In this document: positions 11,520 through 22,500 of the stretch, in pieces
How the letters are laid out: every line of letters begins with the position of its first letter
Numbering within the stretch: the first letter of the stretch is position 1
Assembly (NCBI GenBank): GCA_965240325.2
Contig: OZ251253.1
Coordinates: forward strand, 558,001-622,000
Source: Rebecca billardiae RCC1528
Taxonomy: Eukaryota; Protista; Haptophyta
Reading direction: 5' to 3'
DNA: 64,000 nt
Position numbers and translations under genes: made by a program
Notes under the pieces: model-generated
What the model was told of the DNA's origin: nothing
What the model saw: only the letters and a program-made list of their open reading frames with translations
The model's database searches: none

Positions 11520-12480
11520 AGGCCACTGAGCGCGGACGAAAATGAGAAGATTTCAGCATGGCGGTCACCTCAACTGGCGGAGCTGTCGCCCATGATGGCG
11601 TGCACGAGAGAAAACAGAGCGGATTTCGAGGCATGGTGCTGTGAGCCAGCCCTGCCGAAGGTAGGAGCCGCCCTGTGAACGCGCAGAGCCGTCAGCGACC
11701 CCGTTGTGAGCTTGTGCACGCGTGCATTGCACTCGCGGCGACCGTACTCATGGACGTTATTGCATCAGTAAGTTGTCATCAGTACGCGTACGCGTGTGTG
11801 CGCGCGCGCGCGCGACAGCCACCACACCTGGCGAAGTTGGGTTCGGGGAAGAGGTCCATGCCCTTCCTGGGTCCATTTGCGACGACACACGCGTTCGTAG
11901 CTGCATGTGAGCATCATCCTAGCGCGTCCGCGGGAGTAAACGCTATCAGTACCGCGTACTGATGGTACTCGGATAAGGAGCTCATCATGGTCGGCCAAGA
12001 TGTACGCGCTCACACTCTAGCGGGCGGACGATCCGCGCGCCTTCAGCCTCGTGCGCGGTGCGCCCCAACCAACCAACAGGGGCGCAGGACGTCGACCTCG
12101 CGACGCTGCGCGAGCGGTACGTGCGCGTGTCCGCGCGGCGCGTGCGCGTTGTAGGCGGCGCTGCACGGGCTGGCGGACGACGAGAGCGGCGGGCTCCCGG
12201 CGCGGCGCTTCGAGCTGCTCCTGCTGAGCGGAACGCACACGCCCCTCTGGCCCACGCTGAACGCTGCTCGCGCTGGTCAATGAGCACGCGCTCAAGCTCA
12301 CGCTGGCCCAGCAGCGCCTCTCCGCCGTGCGCGTGCAGACCACGGACTGCGCATAGCGCGTGGTCGGGATCAAGTGTGCGCGCTCGTTGCTGCCCCACCT
12401 GCGCGAGCGGCTCGAGGGGCTCGGCGCGGTGAAGGCGGCGGCCACGCACGCGGTGGGTGGCGCGCGCGCGGCGAGCGAGC
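11520..12480 (+). pseudogene. Degraded coding remnant of unknown family
   Basis: Codon-biased stretches (e.g. AALHGLADDESGGLPARRFELLLL, LLALVNEHALKLTLAQQRL, LLPHLRERLEGLG) lie in different frames, with stops and intron-like GT..AG segments. Confidence 0.3.
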
Positions 12481-12955
12481 CGGAGCGACACACGTGCCTA
12501 AATGTTCAAGCGATGGGCCCGCAAACTGCCCCGTTTGCTCCGCGCTTTGGGCACGCCTGATACTGATGCGTATGCGCCATTGCTCTGCGACTGCGTCAGG
12601 CAGTCCCACGCGGACGCGGGGAATTCTCCTCGACGCACAGGCCTGTCACGGGCGCACCTGGACGCGACATCATCCGTGACGCCGGCGTCAGTCGTCAGGT
12701 CGGTCGAGGCCCGGGCTGCTCGTCGTTCGTGCACCCGCGGAGGCGCAAGTCACCGTTGAGGCAAGGGCGGTCGGTGAGGCGCGACGAAAGCTGAGAAGCC
12801 CGTTACAGTTCTTATGTGAGTCTGAAATGAAACCAACTGCACACGTATCAAGGGGTCTACAGTTTACTACTGATAAAAAGGGACGAACATGTATCATACA
12901 GCTCAGGCAGGCGAGATTAATTATGAAGGTATTCATCAGCAATGGATCCCCACCC

Positions 12956-14829
12956 CGCAGTAGCTTGGCAAGCGATGCGCCTCTCTGCGCGCGCTCGCTG
13001 GCTGCATCCGCGGCTCGGCGGCCGGCGTGGCTGCTGGGTCACCGCGGCGCTGGTGGCTGCCCCTCCTCTGGGAGTTGTTTCTTCCAGGTGCGTGTGCGTC
13101 GGCGGTAGGCCGCCCTCAGCCCTCGCTCTCTCCACTCGTGCACCTGCCCTGCTTGCTGCCAACGCGCGATCGGGCTGTCTGTCGCTTCTGCTCTCTGCGA
13201 GGGCACCTCGGACCCCTCCGGGTGCTCTCTGCTTTCGATGGGGGCGCCTCGGAACCGCTTCGAGGCGTCCCCGTCTGCAATCGTCCCATGCTCTGCTTTC
13301 GATGGGGGCGCCTCGGAACCGCTTCGGGGCGTCCCCGTCTGCAATCTTCTCATGCTCTGCTTTCGATGGGGGCGCCTCGGAACCGCTTCGGGGCGTCCCC
13401 GTCTGCAATCTTCTCATGCTCTGCTTTCGATGGGGGCGCCTCGGAACCGCTTCGAGGCGTCCCCGTCTGCAATCTCCGCATGCTCTGCTTTCGATGGGGG
13501 CGCCTCGGAACCGCTCCCAGGCGTCCCCGTCTGCAATCTTCTCACGCTTCGCAGTCTCGCTTGCCTTCATCGCCTGGCGGGTGGGTGCTGCTCTCTCCTT
13601 CTCTGCCGCCTCCTCTGCAGTCTGCAGTGCACTGCTGTGTGTGGGGATGCGACCTGCTACCTTATCTGACGCTACGCGTGCGCGTGCGTGTCTCGCGCCT
13701 GCTTCCCGCCTGCGCCGCCGCCGCCGCGCATGTCTTTGTGCCTACTCGTCGCACTTACCGTCGGGTTCGTCCTCACACAATCCTGCGGGGAGCCCCTCTG
13801 GGCCTCGGCCGCCTTCGGTCCTCGCGCTACCCCTTCGGCGGCCTCGGCCTCTTCGGGCCCCCGGCCACCACCCCTACGGGGTGTGGCATTCCACACCTCC
13901 TTCTGGGTGGAGGCCCTCGAGGCCTCTGCCCCCTGCGGCGCCGCGCTCGGCCCAAACTTGCGTTGGGGGAGGGCGTCGGCTGCCAGCGCCTGCGGTCTAT
14001 CTACGTGCTCCATCGAGTACTTCCTCTTCGGCGTCTAGGCGGTCGGCTTCTGTCGGCGTAGTTGCTCGAATGCATCGGCGAGTCCTTTCTGGTCGGCGTC
14101 GCATCCTGGACGGCTTCGGGGGTGTGACCTAGTCACCTCACGCGTTTGTCAACGCGGCCCCCACCTCAATCTACTCTCATGTGGGTCTACCGAGTGAGTT
14201 ATGGTTGTATAACCGCTCGGTTATGCGGGTATAACTCACCGGTAGCCCTCATGAGGGCGGGCTGGCAGCCCGGGTCCGGCTGCCCGAAGGTTTTCCGGTC
14301 GTCAAGCCGAGCCAGGCCCGGACAGGGGGTGGGCGCGGATCCGCGCAGTAGCTTGGCAAGCGATGCGCCTCTCTGCGCGCGCTCGCTGGCTGCATCCGCG
14401 GCTCGGCGGCCGGCGTGGCTGCTGGGTCACCGCGGCGCTGGTGGCTGCCCCTCCTCTGGGAGTTGTTTCTCCCTGCCCTCCCACCAGGCTGGTTGCTGGG
14501 TGGGCATGGCCTGGGTGCGCGCGGTGTCGGGGGGGGTGGAGGCCCTCGAGGCCTCTGCCCCCTGCGGCGCCGCGCTCGGCCCAAACTTGCGTTGGGGGAG
14601 GGCGTCGGCTGCCAGCGCCTGCGGTCTATCTACGTGCTCCATCGAGTACTTCCTCTTCGGCGTCTAGGCGGTCGGCTTCTGTCGGCGTAGTTGCTCGAAT
14701 GCATCGGCGAGTCCTTTCTGGTCGGCGTCGCATCCTGGACGGCTTCGGGGGTGTGACCTAGTCACCTCACGCGTTTATCAACGCGGCCCCCACCTCAATC
14801 TACTCTCATGTGGGTCTACCGAGTGAGTT
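12956..14829 (+). mobile_element. Split-direct-repeat (Ngaro/PAT-like) non-autonomous element, copy 1 (5'-truncated)
   Basis: Layout: A1 (partial, 12956-13082), internal region, B1 (13905-14202), A2 (14203-14470), spacer (14471-14533), B2 (14534-14829). This is the same A1..B1A2..B2 order as the recombinase element at 36715-42102. Confidence 0.8.
13226..13545 (+). repeat. Five 64-bp tandem units, each with a GC hairpin
   Basis: GCTTTCGATG at 13231, 13295, 13359, 13423 and 13487. Stem GGGGCGCCTCG...CGAGGCGTCCCC. Mirrored at about 15725-16045. Confidence 0.92.
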
Positions 14830-16453
14830 GCGCCGCGGTGACCCAGCAGCCACGCCGGCCGCCGAGCCGCGGATGCAGCCAGCGAGCGCGCGCAGAGAGG
14901 CGCATCGCTTGCCAAGCTACTGCGCGGATCCGCGCCCACCCCCTGTCCGGGCCTGGCTCGGCTTGACGACCGGAAAACCTTCGGGCAGCCGGACCCGGGC
15001 TGCCAGCCCGCCCTCATGAGGGCTACCGGTGAGTTATACCCGCATAACCGAGCGGTTATACAACCATAACTCACTCGGTAGACCCACATGAGAGTAGATT
15101 GAGGTGGGGGCCGCGTTGATAAACGCGTGAGGTGACTAGGTCACACCCCCGAAGCCGTCCAGGATGCGACGCCGACCAGAAAGGACTCGCCGATGCATTC
15201 GAGCAACTACGCCGACAGAAGCCGACCGCCTAGACGCCGAAGAGGAAGTACTCGATGGAGCACGTAGATAGACCGCAGGCGCTGGCAGCCGACGCCCTCC
15301 CCCAACGCAAGTTTGGGCCGAGCGCGGCGCCGCAGGGGGCAGAGGCCTCGGGGGCCTCCACCCAGAAGGAGGTGTGGAATGCCACACCCCGTAGGGGTGG
15401 TGGCCGGGGGCCCGAAGAGGCCGAGGCCGCCGAAGGGGTAGCGCGAGGACCGAAGGCGGCCGAGGCCCAGAGGGGCTCCCCGCAGGATTGTGTGAGGACG
15501 AACCCGACGGTAAGTGCGACGAGTAGGCACAAAGACATGCGCGGCGGCGGCGGCGCAGGCGGGAAGCAGGCGCGAGACACGCACGCGCACGCGTAGCGTC
15601 AGATAAGGTAGCAGGTCGCATCCCCACACACAGCAGTGCACTGCAGACTGCAGAGGAGGCGGCAGAGAAGGAGAGAGCAGCACCCACCCGCCAGGCGATG
15701 AAGGCAAGCGAGACTGCGAAGCGTGAGAAGATTGCAGACGGGGACCGGCCTGGGAGCGGTTCCGAGGCGCCCCCATCGAAAGCAGAGCATGCGGAGATTG
15801 CAGACGGGGACGCCTCGAAGCGGTTCCGAGGCGCCCCCATCGAAAGCAGAGCATGAGAAGATTGCAGACGGGGACGCCCCGAAGCGGTTCCGAGGCGCCC
15901 CCATCGAAAGCAGAGCATGAGAAGATTGCAGACGGGGACGCCCCGAAGCGGTTCCGAGGCGCCCCCATCGAAAGCAGAGCATGGGACGATTGCAGACGGG
16001 GACGCCTCGAAGCGGTTCCGAGGCGCCCCCATCGAAAGCAGAGAGCACCCGGAGGGGTCCGAGGTGCCCTCGCAGAGAGCAGAAGCGACAGACAGCCCGA
16101 TCGCGCGTTGGCAGCAAGCAGGGCAGGTGCACGAGTGGAGAGAGCGAGGGCTGAGGGCGGCCTACCGCCGACGCACACGCACCTGGAAGAAACAACTCCC
16201 AGAGGAGGGGCAGCCACCAGCGCCGCGGTGACCCAGCAGCCACGCCGGCCGCCGAGCCGCGGATGCAGCCAGCGAGCGCGCGCAGAGAGGCGCATCGCTT
16301 GCCAAGCTACTGCGCGGATCCGCGCCCACCCCCTGTCCGGGCCTGGCTCGGTTGACGACCGGAAACCTTCGGGCAGCCGGACCCGGGCTGCCAGCCCGCC
16401 CTCATGAGGGCTACCGGTGAGTTATACCCGCATAACCGAGCGGTTATACAACC
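14830..16453 (-). mobile_element. Split-direct-repeat element, copy 2 (inverted, 3'-truncated)
   Basis: Reverse complement of copy 1: full A1 (16453-16188), internal region, B1 (about 15363-15066) and partial A2 (about 15065-14830). Confidence 0.8.
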
Positions 16454-16592
16454 CTTAAACCATATTCATCAGCACGGCTTTCCACCCCCCATTTCTTCGA
16501 GTTGGTTCGTCGCGCGCATAGCGGACCAAGATTCTGGATGGATCATCAATCTGGAGGCAGCAAGCGGGGAAGAGCTTGTGTGCGTCTCGGCG

Positions 16593-19500
16593 ATGGCGAA
16601 GACCCTCACTATACGCTGCTCGCCAGCGCGGCGACTCCTCTCCACGCTCGTCGTGCTGGCGGCGATGGGCGTGGATCGCATGCCGCGGCATCTCCTCACT
16701 CGACTGGGGATCCTCGACGGGGCAGAGTACGCCGCCTCTGGCCCGCCCCTCGGCCCCGCGGTCGCTCGCGCCGAGGCCATCACCGCGGTGAAGGTGGGCC
16801 TCTACCACGCGTGCGTGCTCACGGACTCGGGCAAGGTGAAGTGCTGGGGCGACGGGCTGCACGCGGCGCTCGGCACTGGGGACATCTCTGATCGCGGGGC
16901 CAACCCGGGCGAGCTCGGCGTGGCGCTGCCGTACGTCGAGTTCCCGACCGGCCTCACCGTGACGCAGATCTCTGCGGGCGCGTACCACAACTGCGCCATC
17001 CTCTCGGACAGCACGCTGCGGTGGTGCGTGCGCGGCCCGCGCAGCACGGTGCCAGGCGCTGGCGCGCGTGCCACCGTGCGCGGCCGCTCACGTGGCGCCA
17101 CGCACCCGGCACCCGCCCGCGCTCGCCCCCCTCCGCGCGCGCGTGGCGCTTGCGTCGCACGCTCGTGCGCCCGCGCGCGCGCGCTCGCAGCTGGGGCGAT
17201 GGAGCGAACGGGCGGTTAGGTACAGGCGCGTCATCGGACATCAGCGACGTCCCCGGCGAGATGGGCAACGCGCTGGCCGCCGTCGACCTCGGCACGGGCC
17301 TCACGGCCAAGAGCGTGAGCTGCGGTCGCCGGCACACGTGCGTCGTGATCGTGCAGACGGACAGGCTCAAGTGCTTCGGGGAGAACGGGTACGGCACCTT
17401 GGGGACCGGCGACACGAGCGTGCGTGGCGCGCTCCCCGCAGAGCTGGGCGACGCGCTGCCCTACGTCGGCCTCGGCCTCACGACGGATCCCACCCCTGTG
17501 CCGCACGCCGTGGTGAAGCTGAGCGCTCGGTTCTACCACAGCTGCGCTCTGCTGGGGGAGGGGCTCAAGTGGTGTGCGCGCGCGCTGGCTGGCTGGCTGA
17601 GCGGCGGGCCGAGCGGCGGGCCGCCGCGCCGCGCCGGGCAGCGCGCCGAGTGCGAGCGCGCCGCGCGCGCGCTGCACCGCGCGGCGTGGGCGCGCCAGAG
17701 GCCTCGCGGGTCGCTCGGCCTCGGCGCGCTGACTGACGCGCCTGCGCCCGCTCCACCGCGCGCCGCCCTGCCTTCTCCATCGGTTCTTCTTCCTTTCTGC
17801 CTCCCGCCTGCGCTTCTCCGGACGTGTGCCGCCCGGCGCAGCTGGGGCCTGAACGACTTCGGGCAGCTGGGGTACAACGACGTTGTCAACCGCGGCGGCG
17901 CCTCCGCCGCGATGGGCGACACGCTGCCGTTTGTCGACGTCGGCGTGGCGGCAGCCAACCTGATCGACGTCAGTCTGAGCCAGTACCACACGTGCGTGCT
18001 GCACGCCGGCGGCAACGTCAAGTGCTGGGGCGAGGGTGCGAGCGGCCGGCTCGGGTACGGCGACTTGGCGGACCGCGGCAGCTCGGGTGGCATGGGCGCC
18101 GCGCTGCCCAACGTCGACCTAGGCGTGGGGCTCGCTGCCCTCGAGGTGCTGCACGGCAGCACCAGCACGTGTGCGCGGCTCAACAGCGGCGCGCTCAAGT
18201 GGTGTGCGCATGCGCGCGCAGATGCGCGCACGCGCGCGCCGCACGCCACGCGCCGCGCGTGCGCCCTCGCGTGGACGCGTCCGCGTCGGCAGCGGCGGCC
18301 GTTGGGCGCGCCGCCGAGCCCCGAGCCGTGCCCCCGCCGCCCTGACCGCGTGCGGCCGCACGCGCTGCTGCGCGCGCTCCGGCCCGGCCTGCAGCTGGGG
18401 CGGCAACTCTGTGGGCCAGCTAGGCTACGAGGACACGAGCACTCGCGGCGACGGCACTGGCGAGATGGGCGCCTCGCTGCCCACCGTCCCGCTGGGCACA
18501 GGGCGCACCGCGACCGCGTCCGACAGCCTCGACGAGTTTGTGTGCGCGCTGCTCGACGACGGCACCGTCAAGTGGTGCGCGCACACCGCGCCACGCACGC
18601 GCGGCGCGGTGCGCTGCCCGCGCAGGGCGGGGGGGGGCGTGTGCCGCGCGGGCGACCGGGGCGGCGGGCGGGTGCCGGCGTGTCCGTCTGCGCGGCGGGA
18701 GCGCGGGCGCGTCGATGCGCGTCAGCTGGCACCGACCACCGCCGTGCGTCGCGCCGCGCGTCGAGACGGCCCTGCTCGCCACGCCCACGCACGTGCGCGC
18801 CGCACGCCGCGCCTCCTCACTGCCCGCGTCCCGGGCGCGCCGCGCCCGCACGTCCGCGGGTCGATCGTGCAGCTGGGGCGTCGGCTCGAACGGGCAGCTC
18901 GGGCAGGGGAGCGGCGCCAACATCGGTGGTGCGTCCGGCTCGATGGGCGATGCGCTGCCGCCGATCGGGATCCTCCCGCCCTCGCCGCCGCCGAGCCCGC
19001 CGCCCTCGCCGCCTCCGAGCCCGCCGCCGTCACCGCCGCCGAGCCCGCCGCCGCCGCGCCCGCCGCCGTCGCCGCCCCCGTCGCCTCCACCGAGCCCGCC
19101 GCCGTCGCCACCGCCCTCGCCGCCGCCCTCGCCGCCTCCGCCAGTGCCGCCGCCCTCGCCTCCACCGCCCTCGCCGCCGCCCTCTCCGCCGCCCTCTCCG
19201 CCGCCCTCGCCGCCGCCGAGCCCGCCGCCGAGCCCGCCACCGTCGCCACCACCCAGCCCGCCGCCGCCCTCGGCTCCGCCATCGCCGCCACCATCGCCAC
19301 CGCCGAGCCCGCCGCCGAGCCCGCCGCCGTCACCGCCGCCGAGCCCGCCGCCGTTGCCGCCTCCATCACCGCCGCCATCGCCACCTCCAAGCCCGCCGCC
19401 GTCGCCACCGCCGCCGCTACCGCCGCCGTCGCCGCCACCCTCGCCACCTCCGTCGCCGCCGCCCTCACCGCCGCCCTCACCGCCGCCGAGCCCGCCGCCC

Positions 19501-22500
19501 TCGCCGCCGCCGAGCCCACCGCCCTCGCCGCCGCCGCCCTCGCCCCCGCCCTCGCCGCCGCCCTCGCCGCCACCGTCACCGCCGCCCAGCCCGCCGCCAT
19601 CGCCGCCGCCCTCGCCCCCGCCGAGCCCGCCGCCATCGCCACCACCCTCGCCGCCGCCCTCGCCTCCGCCCAGCCCGCCACCGTCCCCACCGCCGTCGCC
19701 ACCGCCCAGCCCGCCGCCGAGCCCGCCACCCCCAAGCCCGCCACCAAACCCGCCGCCGAGCCCGCCGCCGAGCCCGCCTCCCTCGCCACCGCCGAGCCCG
19801 CCGCCGAGCCCGCCGCCCGCGCCGCCGCCGCCCTTGCCGCCGCCCTCGCCGCCGCCCTCGCCGCCGCCCTCGCTGCCACCGTCCCCGCCGCCCAGCCCGC
19901 CGCCCTCGCCACCTCCGTCGCCTCCGCCGAGCCCGCCGCCCTCGCCGCCGCCGCCTTCGCCGCCACCCTCGCCGCCGCCCTCACCACCACCGTCACCGCC
20001 ACCGAGCCCGCCGCCGTCACCGCCACCGTCGCCTCCGCCGAGCCCGCCGCCCTCGCCGCCGCCACCGTCGCCTCCGCCCTCGCCACCGCCCTCGCCCCCG
20101 CCGAGTCCGCCGCCCTCGCCGCCGCCCAACCCGCCGCCCTCGCCACCGCCAAGCCCGCCGCCCAGCCCGCCACCGCCGAGACCTCCGCCGAGTCCGCCGC
20201 CGAAACCGCCACCAAGCCCGCCGCCGAGCCCGCCGCCGAGCCCACCGCCGTCGCCGCCGCCGAGCCCTCCACCCTCGCCACCGCCGAGCCCGCCGCCCTC
20301 GCCGCCGCCGCCCTCGCCGCCGCCCTTGCCCCCGCCCTCGCCGCCACCGTCACCGCCACCCAGCCCGCCGCCCTCGCCGCCACCGTCGCCTCCGCCGAGC
20401 CCGCCGCCCTCGCCGCCGCCACCTTCGCCGCCGCCCTCGCCGCCACCCTCGCCCCCGCCGAGTCCGCCGCCCTCGCCGCCGCCCAGCCCGCCGCCCTCGC
20501 CGCCGCCAAGCCCGCCGCCCAGCCCGCCACCACCGAGCCCGCCGCCAAGCCCGCCACCCAGCCCGCCGCCGAGCCCGCCGCCTTCGCCGCCGCCGAGCCC
20601 GCCGCCGTCGCCACCGCCGAGCCCGGCGCCCTCGCCGCCGCCGCCATCACCCCCGCCCTCGCCGCCGCCTTCGCCACCACCCTCGCCGCCTCCGAGCCCT
20701 CCGCCGTCGCCGCCGCCCTCGCCGCCTCCAAGCCCGCCGCCCTCGCCGCCGCCGCCTTCACCGCAGCCCTCGCCACCGCCATTGCCACCGCCGAGCCCGC
20801 CACCGTCACCGCCGCCCAGCCCGCCGCCGAGCCCTCCGCCAAGCCCACCGCCCTCTCCACCGCCGAGCCCGCCGCCGTCGCCGCCACCGAGCCCGCCACC
20901 CAGTCCGCCGCCTCCGAGCCCACCGCCGAGCCCGCCGCCCAGCCCGCCACCAAGTCAACCGCCCTCGCCACCGCCTTCGCCGCCGCCCTCGCCACCACCG
21001 AGCCCGCCGCCCAGCCCGCCGCCACCTTCGCCACCGCCATCACCACCGCCCTCGCCGCCGCCGTCGCCGCCGCCGTCGCCACCACCCTCGCCGCCGCCGT
21101 CGCCGCCGCCGTCGCCGCCACCGAGCCCGCCGCCGCCAAGCCCACCGCCCTCGCCGCCGCCAAGCCCGCCACCCAGCCCGCCGCCTTCGCCACCGCCGAA
21201 CCCGCCGCCGAGCCCGCCGCCCAGCCCGCCGCCCAGCCCGCCGCCGCCCAGCCCGCCGCCATCGCCACCGCCCTCGCCGCCACCGAGCCCGCCGCCGTCG
21301 CCACCGCCGTCGCCGCCGCCCAGTCCGCCGCCATCGCCGCCGCCATCACCACCGCCGAGCCCGCCGCCCTCGCCACCGCCGAGCCCGCCGCCGAGGCCGC
21401 CGCCCTCGCCGCCGCCGAGCCCGCCACCAAGCCCACCGCCGCCGAGCCCGCCGCCATCGCCGCCGCCGTCACCGCCTCCGAGCCCGCCGCCGTCGCCACC
21501 ACCGTCGCCGCCGCCGAGCCCGCCACCCTCACCGCCGCCCAGCCCGCCGCCGAGCCCGCCGCCGTCGCCACCGCCCAGCCCACCGCCGAGCCCGCCACCC
21601 TCGCCTCCGCCGAGCCCGCCACCAAGTCCGCCGCCGCCCAGCCCGCCGCCATCGCCACCGCCGTCGCCGCCTCCGAGCCCGCCGCCGTCGCCACCACCGT
21701 CGCCGCCGCCAAGCCCGCCGCCGTCGCCGCCGCCAGCACCACCGCCGAGCCCACCGCCCTCGCCACCGCCGAGCCCGCCACCGAGCCCGCCGCCGTCGCC
21801 GCCGCCCAGCCCGCCGCCTAGCCCACCGCCTCCGAGCCCGCCGCCATCGCCGCCGCCGTCCCCGCCACCAAGCCCACCGCCGTCGCCACCGCCGTCGCCG
21901 CCGCCGAGCCCGCCACCCTCACCGCCGCCAAGCCCGCCGCCGAGCCCGCCACCGTCGCCACCGCCCAGCCCACCGCCGAGCCCGCCGCCCTCGCCACCGC
22001 CGAGCCCGCCACCAAGCCCGCCGCCGCCCAGCCCGCCGCCATCGCCACCGCCGTCGCCGCCTCCGAGCCCGCCGCCGTCGCCACCGCCATCACCACCGCC
22101 GAGCCCACCGCCCTCGCCACCGCCCAGCCCACCGCCGAGCCCGCCGCCCTCGCCACCGCCGAGCCCGCCACCAAGCCCGCCGCCACCCAGCCCACCGCCA
22201 TCGCCACCGCCGTCGCCGCCTCCGAGCCCGCCGCCGTCGCCACCACCGTCGCCGCCGCCGAGCCCGCCGCCGTCGCCGCCGCCATCACCACCGCCGACTC
22301 CACCGCCCTCGCCACCGCCGAGCCCGCCACCGAGCCCTCCGCCGTCGCCGCCGCCGAGCCCGCCACCAAGCCCGCCGCCGCCGAGCCCGCCGCCATCGCC
22401 GCCGCCGTCACCGCCCCCGAGCCCGCCGCCGTCGCCACCGCCGTCGCCGCCGCCGAGCCCGCCACCCTCACCGCCGCCGAGCCCGCCGCCGAGCCCGCCG

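Noticed and set aside
13688-14038. 116-aa ORF with a hydrophobic stretch in the split-repeat element
   Set aside because: It runs into terminal repeat B and has no domain signal. Its similarity to the other family is explained by the DNA hairpin.
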